Positions 55,075 to 64,000 of a DNA stretch of 64,000 nt are shown piece after piece; positions within the stretch are counted from its first letter, which is position 1, and each line of letters starts with the position of its first letter. The notes beneath the pieces were generated by a model, which saw only the letters and a program-made list of their open reading frames with translations, searched no databases and was not told where the DNA came from. This stretch comes from an uncultured Planctomycetaceae bacterium. Lineage in GTDB: Bacteria > Planctomycetota > Planctomycetia > Planctomycetales > Planctomycetaceae. A program made the translations under genes and the position numbers. Location: positions 320,001 to 384,000 of the forward strand of contig CAWFAK010000016.1 in assembly GCA_963813715.1 (NCBI GenBank), in the 5' to 3' direction.

Positions 55075-55710
55075 CTAGCGGCCAAACAAATAAACGATGC
55101 TGAACACGAACACCCACACCACGTCCACAAAATGCCAATACCACGAGACCAGCTCGACGCCGATCTGGTTGGCGTGCGTCACCCGCCGCCCGAGCGCCAG
55201 ACCCAGCACGATCAGCATCGTGATCACGCCGATGGTAACGTGCAGCCCGTGAAAACCGACGAGCGTATAGTACGTGGTGCCGAACAGATTCCGGCCGATC
55301 GTCAGCCCGTGGACTTCGATCAAGTCGTGCCATTCGTAGATCGTGCCTGCCAGAAAGGCGACGCCCAGCGCGATGGTGAGCGCCCACCAGCAACAAAAGA
55401 GCCGTTGCCGTTGCCGCTCAAGCGCCATTCCCGCCAGGTGGATCGCCACGCTGCTGGAGAGCAGGCAGATCGTCGTGCCGATGACGAGCGGCAGCGAGAG
55501 GGCCTCGCGCGGCGTGGGCCCGACGCGGTCGCGATGCAGGTAGCTGATGTAGACCACGATCAGTGTCGTGAAGAAGGCGACTTCCGAGAGCAGAAAGGCG
55601 AGCATGCCCCACTGTGATGCCGTCAAAGGCTTCGCGCCCGCGGCGGCGTGCGCGGAATGTCCGCCGGGGATGGCGGTCGCACTGCTGAGGGCCGGTTGGG
55701 ACGCGCTCAT
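55075..55710 (-). CDS. ctaE: Cytochrome c oxidase subunit III
   Basis: GMLAFLLSE, LLSSS, YEW, GFHGLHV, WYWHFVDVVW. Confidence 0.93.
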   Translation of the reverse strand: MSASQPALSSATAIPGGHSAHAAAGAKPLTASQWGMLAFLLSEVAFFTTLIVVYISYLHRDRVGPTPREALSLPLVIGTTICLLSSSVAIHLAGMALERQRQRLFCCWWALTIALGVAFLAGTIYEWHDLIEVHGLTIGRNLFGTTYYTLVGFHGLHVTIGVITMLIVLGLALGRRVTHANQIGVELVSWYWHFVDVVWVFVFSIVYLFGR

Positions 55711-57376
55711 TCGTATTTCCAATCCGGATCGTCGGGATGTTTGAGATCCCAGAGGGGACGGCGGCTGCGGACCGTGGGGATCGACGCGAAGTTGTACGAC
55801 GGCGGCGGCGACGACGTGCCCCACTCGAGCGTCCAAGCGTCCCAGGGGTCGTCACCGGCGGGCCGCCCCTTGAAATAAGACCAAACGACATTCCAGACGA
55901 AGATCGCAAAGCTCGGCGCCTGGATCAGCGCGCCGATCGTCGTCAGTTGATTCAAGAACTCCCAGCCTCGGCTCGGCTCATACGTGTAGATCCGCCGCGG
56001 CATGCCCAGGAAGCCGGAAATATGCATCGGCCCGAACGTGGCGAAGAACCCGATATACAACAGCCAGAACTGCCAGCGGGCCAGCCGCTCGGAGAGCATC
56101 CGGCCAGTGACTTTGGGATACCAGTAGTGGATGCCGGCGAATGTGCCAAACAGCGTGCCGCCGATCAGCACCCAGTGAAAGTGACCGACGACGAAATAGC
56201 TGTCGGAGAGCTGAAAGTCGAACGGGGCCGCGGCCAGCATGATGCCCGTCAGCCCGCCGATGAGGAACATCGACAGAAATCCGCAGGCAAATAGCATGGG
56301 CGACGCCATCCGAATGCGCCCGCCATACATCGTCGCCAGCCAGTTGAAAAACTTGATGCCCGTGGGAATCGACACGAGCAAGCTGGCGACGGCGAACCAA
56401 ACATCCTGCATGCGGCTCATGCCGACGCAGAACATGTGGTGGGCCCACACCCCCAGGCTGATGAATGCGATCGCCATGGTCGCCGCGGCCATGAACTCGT
56501 AGCCGAAGAGCACCTTCCGCGAAAACACGGGGATCACCTCGGTGATCATGCCGAACACCGGCAGGATCAGGATGTAGACCTCCGGGTGGCCGAAGAACCA
56601 GAACAGGTGCTGCCAGAGCAGGGCCGAGCCGCCGTTCTGCACATCGAAGAAGTGGGCCCCGAAATCTCGATCTAACATCACCATCACGAGCGCCGCCGTC
56701 AGCGGCGGAATGGCGATCAAAATTTGCACGGAGGTCCACAGCATCGTCCACGCAAAGAAGGGGATCTTGGTTATCGTCATGCCAGGGGCGCGCATGCCGA
56801 TGATCGTGGCGACAAAATTCACCGCGGCGGTGATCGTGCCGATGCCGCTGACGATCAGTCCCAGACACCAGAACTCCGTCCCCAGTCCTCGGGCGAAGGC
56901 CGGCTCCGTGAGGGGAGCGTAGGCGAACCAGCCGATCGCCGGCGCCCCGCCGACCGCGAAGCTGAAATACGCGAGCAACCCGCCGAACAGCGTCACCCAG
57001 AATCCGAGCGCATTGAGCCGCGGAAAGGCCATGTCCCGTGCGCCGATCATCAGCGGGACCAGGTAATTGCCGATGCCGATCAGGATGGGCATGCCCATGA
57101 AGAAGACCATGGTCGTGCCGTGCATCGTGAAGAGCTGATTGAACGTGTCGGGCGCAAAAAATTGTTGTGCGCGTAGAAGAGCTGCCAGCGGATCAGCATC
57201 GCTTCGCAGCCGCCCACCACCAGGTAGAAGATGGCCATGCCGATATACATCAGGCCGATCTTCTTGTGGTCGACGGTCGTCACCCAATCGTGGAGGGTGG
57301 CCGGCCAGGAGCGCACGGGCTCCGCCTTCGCCGCGGCGATCTCAGAGTCGACTTTGGGTTCTACGGCCAGGCTCAT
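55707..57376 (-). CDS. ctaD: Heme-copper oxidase subunit I, type A1; frameshift near 57160
   Basis: TVDHKKIG, TMHG, GARDMAFPRLN, WFFGHPEVY, WAHHM, PTGIK, HFH, GMPRR. Confidence 0.96.
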
Positions 57377-57389
57377 GAGTGCAGTTTCG

Positions 57390-58410
57390 TCAGTGCAGCG
57401 TAGTCAGATAGCGAACGATGTCTTTCCGCCGCGCTTCGCTAAAGCTGAAGGCGGGCATCAGGCAGCCGTACTTCATCTGCTGGGGGTCGGCCACCCAGCG
57501 TTCGAGATTCTTCGCATCATTCGGGAAACAAGCCGGACGCCAGCGTTTCGCGACTCATCAAGTGCGTCAGGTCGGGGGCGTACGTACCGGCCGCCGACGT
57601 CCCGCGAACGCGATGGCAATTGACGCACGCCTCGCTCAAAAAGGCCTTTTTGCCGGCCAGCGCGTCCGGATCGTCGTGTGCCGGTGCGAGCTGGCTCTTC
57701 AGCCACAGCTCAAATTCTTCCGGCGTGTCGACGACCACCCGCAACAGCATGCCGGCGTGCTGCGTGCCGCAATACTCGGCACACTGCCCCAGGAACAGGC
57801 CATGCTCGCGCGTCTCGAACCACATGTGATTCGACTGGCCGGGGATTAAATCGGTTTTGCCCGCCAGCCGCGGCACCCAAAAACTGTGACACACGTCGGC
57901 CGATTGCAGGTTGAGGAATACGGGCCGATGTGCGGAGTCGGTCGTCGCCGGAATGTGCAACTCGTTCGCCGTGATGAATCCGAGCGGACGGCCGTTGTAA
58001 GTGTCGTAGCGATACTCCCACCACCACTGCCGGCCGACGACGGTGACAAACAGCGCGTGGTCGCCCGGCTTGGGCTGCGACGCAGTGACGTCGACCTCCC
58101 AGAGCGTCCGCGTCATCACCAGCACCAAAATGCAGACGACCAGCGTGGGCGCGACTGTCCAGGCGACTTCGATCGGCTGTCCGCCGTAGACCTGGGGCGG
58201 CTCGCTCTCGGTGCCGGCCGACGTCTTGCGGAACCGCACCAGGTTGTAGATCAGGATTCCCTCGACGAGGAGGAAGATCAGCCCGGTGATCGCAAACAGC
58301 AGCACCGACAGCGTGCGGATCGACTGCGACGGAGGCGCGGCCGGGTCGAAAATCGACAGGTTTTCCGCCTGCGATTCGGCCAGGGCCAACAGCACAGTTG
58401 TCGCCATCAT
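57390..58410 (-). CDS. ctaC: Cytochrome c oxidase subunit II with CuA and fused cytochrome c (caa3-type); frameshifts near the C-terminus
   Basis: IEVAWT, QWWW, DVCHSFWVP, CAEYCGTQHAGM, CVNCH...PDLTH. Confidence 0.93.
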
Positions 58411-58456
58411 GAGGAGGTACCCAGCCCGTCCGAGAACCTGGTAGGCACCAAGCTAC

Positions 58457-58470
58457 TCGATTCGAATCAA
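58457..58470. promoter_or_regulatory. Candidate FNR/CRP-family box upstream of the respiratory operon
   Basis: Minus strand TTGAT-TCGA-ATCGA, 9/10 match to TTGAT-N4-ATCAA. Confidence 0.35.
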
Positions 58471-58890
58471 AATGGACATGGCCTGACCACCCGGACAGAG
58501 CGGTGGCGTGGCCTTCGCCCGAAATGCCCTAAGTCCACCGCCCCGAGACGCTGCAAAGGACTCGAAAACTCGCACCGTTCACGACCTGCCTCGAAGGGCC
58601 GAGTCGCGGCTGTAGCCGCCGCCGCGGACACTCCGATTGTCCAAGGCGGCCAGGCAAAAATTGGCGGGTGGAGTCGCAGCACCGTTCATCAGCGGCCACG
58701 CATCACGCAAACACCAGGCCAAACGCGCCCCGACGAATTTCGCCCTTCAGGGCACCGTGCGGAGACTGATGAGGCGTGGGGATGCGGTCCAAACGATCTG
58801 CCGAGAACTCGACAATTGCCGAAATGTCGTCACCGTCGCCGTGCTTGCGGCAACCCACCTCAGCGTCACGTTGCGACGGCATGTCGTCGC

Positions 58891-59274
58891 TTACAGTTCG
58901 TAGGTCGTGATCTCGAGTTCGTGTCCGTCCGGGTCGTGGAAATAGATCGATTCCGCGATGCGGTGGTGTTCGGAGTGGAAGGGGATGCCGCGGTCGCGGA
59001 GTGTTTTTTGGGCGGCGGCAAAATTCGCTCGATTGGCGCGAAACGCGAAGTGGCGCATCGCCAGCACGTCCGCCCCGGGTGATGGCTGAGGCTGTGCGCC
59101 TTCGACCGGGAACAAAGCGATCGCCGTCGTGCCGACGCCGACGAACGCCGGGCAGTTCCCCCACACTTCTTCGTACCGCCGGTCCAGGCCGAGCACGTCG
59201 CAGTACCAGGCCACCGAGCGCTCGACATCCTTCACAGCTAATGCGATGTGATCGATCCCCTCGAGCGAAAACAT
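58891..59274 (-). CDS. VOC/glyoxalase family protein
   Basis: IDHIALAV, WYCDVLGL, HFAF, YFHDPDGHELE. Confidence 0.9.
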   Translation of the reverse strand: MFSLEGIDHIALAVKDVERSVAWYCDVLGLDRRYEEVWGNCPAFVGVGTTAIALFPVEGAQPQPSPGADVLAMRHFAFRANRANFAAAQKTLRDRGIPFHSEHHRIAESIYFHDPDGHELEITTYEL

Positions 59275-59544
59275 GCTCTGTCCCCCCTTGCCGACAAAAC
59301 GGTCGCGGTCTGAATTATCGCAGACACGTCATCGCAACGAACCTGTATTTTTGGTCGGACGACGCAGGAAGCGGCGCTACCGATCAGCGCGATTTCGGCT
59401 CGAGATCCAAGGCCACCTCATGAGCCCCGATCATAAGACCGTCCGACGCCGCGACCGGGGATCGTCGACGAAGGAAGCGAGCACAAGTCGGGTGGCGCGC
59501 AATTTCTAACCGAGATTCCTGTTTCGCGAGGAATCGGGCGGCAT

Positions 59545-61369
59545 TCAGCTGCGGCTCGTCCTCGTAAAGCCGTCGGCGCTCCAGTTCTCGCTGCCCACTC
59601 CGTGATGCACGAAGAACAGTCCGTTAGGATCGTACCTCTGCTTCGCGGCGGCCAGTCGCGGATAGTTGGGGCCCCAGAACGCGTGCCGCCAGTCCCGCTC
59701 GAAGTAATCGCTTTCCGACAAATACGCTCCGGGCTCGGGCGCGACCTTTAGAAGTGCGTCCATCGCCCGATTGATGGCGGCGGCGTCGCGGCGGGCGGCG
59801 GACACGCTCGGCTCGTGCCCGGCAATTCCCGGGAAGGCCGGCCCGCTTTCGCCGGCAATGATCGCGAGTGCAAAGGCGTCCAGCGCCGCCGGGTTCGTCG
59901 CCGTCTCTTTGGCGGCCGCCAAATCGTCGGCCCGCGCTCCGGCCAAGCCCTTATTGCAGTGCAGCTCGACAGTCCAGTGCCGGCTCGCCGCAAACAGCGC
60001 GTCGACCAGGTGCGTTTTGCCGATCTTTGGCCAACAGCGACGCCGGCAGCCACGCCGACCGGTAGCCGTGAATCACCTGCCCCGCCTCGCCGCGGTTTCC
60101 GGTCCAGAAGAAGTTTTCTTTGGGGGCATGCGGACGATCGTCGTGCACGACGACTTTGGCCGGGATCTGATCCCAGAACTTCGCATCCCAGAACCGCCGC
60201 GCCGGCAACGCCACGATCCTCACCGGCTTGGCGACGACAAAATCGGCCGTCCGGCGCGCCACCCAATCCAAGAACGGCTGCCACGTCTCGGCCACCTGCG
60301 TGCGGTCGAGGCCCGCGGAGAGCATTTGGAGGTCGAGCGTGTTCTTGTGCACCAAGCGGATTTGCTCGCCCCAATGTGGATTGAACAGCCGCTCGTGGTA
60401 GAACTCGATCACACGCGCGATCAAGTCGCGAAAGGCGCCGTCCGTGCGGGCTTTGATCGTCCCCGAAGCGACGCCAAACGATTCCGGCAGCTCGCGGGTC
60501 CGCAGCGTCAGCCGCGTCACGACGCCCAGGCTGCCCCCTCCGCCCCCTTTGAGGGCCCAGAACAGCTCCGGATCCGAACAGGCGTTCGCAATCCGCACCG
60601 AGCCGTCCGCCAGCACGACCTCAGCTTCCAGCAGGCCCGCCGCGGCCAGTCCGAAAGTCTTCGAGAAGCTGCCGAAGCCGCCGCTTTGAATCAGTCCCGC
60701 CACGCCGACGGTCGCGCAGCCGCCTCCTTGCACGTAGCGCCCCGCCTTCGTCGTGACGGCATTGTAAACGTGCGACCAGATCGCGCCCGACCCGACGGTG
60801 ACGGCCGGCTGCGGCGCGACCTTTCCCTCGCAACCGCGCGGCACAAAGGCGTCGACAAGCGCGATGCCATTCATCGCCCGCGTCCAGATCAATAGGGAAT
60901 CGGGCGCGTTCGACGTCCCCTGGTAACTGTGCCCGCCCCCTTTGACCACCACCCGCAGATTGTGCTCGCGGGCGAAATTGACTGCCGCCACGACGTCGGA
61001 CGTCTCCGCCGCGGCGACGGCGTACGCGCTCGGGGCCGACGTCCAGGCGTCAACCCAGCCGGACGTTTGAGTGAGCGCCGGGTTGTCGCCGATGAAGTAA
61101 GGATTCTTGAGCTCCTTGAACAGCTCGCTGCAGGCCGCGCTCTCGGGCGCGGTGCGACAGGCATCCAGCGGTGACGTCAGCGCGACCAACCGACCCCCAA
61201 CCGCCTGCTTCAACTTCTCCCAGGTCGCGGGCGCCGGCCACCCGGGATCGCCCGGACGAACTCGGCGAGCCGCCGCCCCAACCTGCCCCGCAGTAAGGCC
61301 AGTGGCGGAGCCGCCGGCCCAGACAACGGGAATTGCGGCAGCCGTTTTGAGGAACTGTCTTCGTCTCAT
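59545..61369 (-). CDS. Tat-exported FAD-binding oxidoreductase with berberine-bridge (BBE) C-terminus; frameshifts around 59950-60020
   Basis: MRRRQFLK, KGGGHSYQG, GGGCATVG, LFWALKGGG, FWGPNYPRL...YDPNGLF. Confidence 0.9.
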
Positions 61370-61536
61370 CGCATTGGCTCACAAGAAATAGACTGCTCGA
61401 TGCCCAGCGCTGGCAAACGCCATCGATCAAACAATCGCCCCGCCTGGGCAAAGTCAACCAACTTGCCAATCACCCATGTTCGGCCCATGATTCGAGACGT
61501 CTGTCGCACCCGTTTGTCTGACGGCGAAAGGATGGA

Positions 61537-63054
61537 ATGATGATCTCACGCCGCGCCTTGTGGCGCGATTCCCGATTCCAGCCGGCGCTCCTGGCCGTTG
61601 TCTTCATTTGGATGATTCGCTCGGCGGACCCGATTCTTGCCGACCCCCAGCGAAATTGGACCGCCGAGTGGGCCCGCATGAAGCCCATCACGCCGCGGGG
61701 CTACGTCTGCTATCGCGCCGCTCAAGCCGCCGAAGATCGATGGGCGACTCGACGATGCGGCCTGGCAGGCAGTTCCGTGGACCGAAGATTTTCGCGACAT
61801 CGAAGGCGACCGCCGGCCGAAGCCGCGGTTCCGCACGCGGGCCAAGATGCTCTGGGACGACAAATATTTCTACATCGGGGCCGAGCTGGAAGAGCCGCAC
61901 GTTTGGGGCACGCTCACCCAGCACGACGCGGTCATCTTCAACGACAACGACTTCGAGGTCTTCATCGATCCCAACGGCGACAATCTCGAGTACTACGAAT
62001 TCGAGATGAACGCCCTCAACACGAGCTGGGATCTGTTCCTGCCCAAGCCGTACAAAGACGACGGCCGGGCCGACAACAGTTGGGACATCGCCGGCCTCAA
62101 GACGGCCGTCCACGTCGACGGCACGCTCAACAATCCCACCGATCGCGACACCGGCTGGTCGGTCGAAATCGCCATCCCCTGGGAGGCCCTCCGCGAATTC
62201 GCCCACCGCCCGGCCCCGCCGCACGACGGCGACCAATGGCGCGTCGATTTCTCCCGCGTCGAATGGCAGCACCAAATCGTCGGCGGCAAATACCAACGCG
62301 TGCCCAACACGCACGAAGACAATTGGATCTGGTCGCCCCCCGGCATCGTCGACATGCACCGCCCGGAACGCTGGGGCTACGTCCAATTCTCCACGGCCGC
62401 GCCGGGCACCGCTCGGTTCCATCCCGATCCGACGCTGCCCGCCCGCGACGCCTTGATGGAGATTTACTACCACCAGCGCGCGTTCCAGGAAAAGCACGGC
62501 CACTGGGCGACGAAGCTCGACGAGCTTGCCCTCACTCCCGAGACTCTCGCTCTCCAGCCGCGCCTCAAAATGACCGGCGACCACTTCTCGCGCGAGCGTC
62601 GACGTTCCGATTCTCGGCGGCAGCAAAGACCATGATGCTCACGATCCGCCAAGACTCACGGCTCGGCCCGATCCACCCGAACGACGACCTGCTCGACGCC
62701 CTCGAAGACATCCTGCAAACGCAAGCCGCCGCCTGGAACCGCGGCGACATCGACGCCTTCATGGAGCACTACTGGAAATCCGAAGATCTCACCTTCAGCT
62801 CCGGCGGCAAGACCACCCGTGGCTGGCAAACAACCAAGGACAACTACAAGCGCCGCTACCCCACCCGCGACCAAATGGGCCACCTCACCTTCGACCAACT
62901 CGAAGTCTTTCCCCTCGGCGACACCGCCGCCCTCCTACTGGGCCACTGGCACCTCGACCGCACCAACCCCGTGGGCGGCAACTTTTCGCTCGTCTTCCGC
63001 AAGATCGACGGAGCTTGGGTGATCGTGCATGACCATACGTCGCGGTTGCCCTAG
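61537..63054 (+). CDS. CBM9-like (DOMON-like) protein fused to a C-terminal NTF2/DUF4440-like domain; frameshifts near 61730 and 62590, start uncertain
   Basis: IDGRLDD..W, F.DIEG, MLWDD, DNDFEVFIDP, YYEFEMNA, WSVEIAIPW, NWIWSP, MHRPERWG, IRQDSR, then AAAWNRGDIDAFM...WVIVHDHTS. Confidence 0.8.
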   Translation: MMISRRALWRDSRFQPALLAVVFIWMIRSADPILADPQRNWTAEWARMKPITPRGYVCYRAAQAAEDRWATRRCGLAGSSVDRRFSRHRRRPPAEAAVPHAGQDALGRQIFLHRGRAGRAARLGHAHPARRGHLQRQRLRGLHRSQRRQSRVLRIRDERPQHELGSVPAQAVQRRRPGRQQLGHRRPQDGRPRRRHAQQSHRSRHRLVGRNRHPLGGPPRIRPPPGPAARRRPMARRFLPRRMAAPNRRRQIPTRAQHARRQLDLVAPRHRRHAPPGTLGLRPILHGRAGHRSVPSRSDAARPRRLDGDLLPPARVPGKARPLGDEARRACPHSRDSRSPAAPQNDRRPLLARASTFRFSAAAKTMMLTIRQDSRLGPIHPNDDLLDALEDILQTQAAAWNRGDIDAFMEHYWKSEDLTFSSGGKTTRGWQTTKDNYKRRYPTRDQMGHLTFDQLEVFPLGDTAALLLGHWHLDRTNPVGGNFSLVFRKIDGAWVIVHDHTSRLP

Positions 63055-63152
63055 AACGGGCCGCCGCGCTGATCCAGCGTCGTCATCGTCGCAGCTTGCA
63101 CGAGATAGCGCTGAGAACAGGGCCCTCGTGTCACGAGGCGCCCGTCGGGTGG

Positions 63153-64000
63153 TTAGACGTACTGCGGATCAACGAAGTAGTCGATCCGCACGTTGAGGGG
63201 CGAACCCCAATTCACGGTCAGCCAGACCGTGACCGAGCCATTGGTCGGCGCGACATTGCCAATCGACATCTGTGCCGAGCCGATGAAGCGGTTGAGCCTC
63301 GGGTCGGTCGCGTATTCGCACGGCGCGGCGACCACGCGGGAATCGGCCGTGATGTTCGCGTCGTTGATCGTCAACTTCACTTGGCCGTTTCCGTTCCACG
63401 TGGCAAATCCCGTGTAGCTGACTCCACTCATGTGAGCGGCGGCGCCGTTCCTTTGGCCCGGCACGGTTACCACTTGGGCCGGCAAATTGCTGCCGACGGC
63501 GGAACCGGTCTTGGCACTCGGCGCTCCATTGTGGCCGGTCCCCTCTTGCTCGAAGATGGACGCCATCGCGGTCCCGATCGGCACTCCCAAACCGGTGCAC
63601 GGGTCGGGACCCACCAGCGGCGCTGAAGCCGCCGTTCGAGCCGGTCACGATGTCCGTAAACGCCGACGGGTTTTCCCACAGCGTCTGGCCGACGAAGCCG
63701 AGGCCTTTGCCGAACGAGGCAAACAAGCCCGAGTAGAAGGGCGCCACGGCGCTCGTGCCGCCGATCGGTTGCTCCTGGCCGTTAATGACGATCAGGTAGC
63801 CCGTCTGCGGATTGGCGTCGGCAGCGACGTCCGGAACCATCCGACCCCCGTTGGTGCCCGGCGGCGCATGATTGTTGGTTTGCCAATCGGGCATGGGAAA
63901 GATATTGGAATAGCCGCCGCCCGTGCCTTGCCCATCGGGATTATTATCACCCCAGACGATCTCTTCGGCGCCGCGGAATTTCGTGGTCCCGCCGCAGCCG
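63153..64000 (-). CDS. S53 (kumamolisin/sedolisin) peptidase, 3' part, with an extra C-terminal domain; frameshift near 63615
   Basis: CGGT, GTGGGYS, RMVPDVAADA, GGTSAVAP, DIVTGSN, DPCTGLG. Confidence 0.9.

Noticed and set aside
57374..57400. Short direct repeat (AGTGCAG twice) at the ctaC/ctaD junction
   Set aside because: Too short to be significant; no element lies between the copies.

Overview
This GC-rich 64 kb window is most likely from a planctomycete, based on DUF1501, DUF1559, a PVC-type heme/HEAT protein, a planctomycete-style ECF operon, csrA and REP-like palindromes. Most long genes are broken by single-base frameshifts, including core-type genes (lipA, coxI, csrA). This points to an unpolished long-read assembly rather than true pseudogenes, so coordinates span the reconstructed genes. 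In order, the window holds: a membrane Ser/Thr kinase; an SGNH-like plus MBOAT acylation pair; a PhnW-less, PhnY-less phosphonate catabolic cluster (FAD amine oxidoreductase, phnX, phnZ, OPA-type MFS) with a candidate Pho-like box; an ECF sigma/anti-sigma/secreted protein/DUF1559 operon; an inverse-autotransporter-like beta-helix protein; rimI, csrA, a catalytically degenerate lipB-like gene with intact lipA, a lysine-less lipoyl domain and holB; a rhomboid and a DRG-like GTPase; a ~1400 aa orphan receptor-like membrane protein; and hydrolases. It also holds a ~10.5 kb single-strand operon encoding a caa3-type oxidase, a Rieske/cytochrome b-c complex, a duplicated unknown membrane subunit and a CtaG/polyferredoxin/YtkA-like assembly module. 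No rRNA, tRNA, CRISPR array or transposase was seen. Family calls come from motif recognition by eye, not from database searches.
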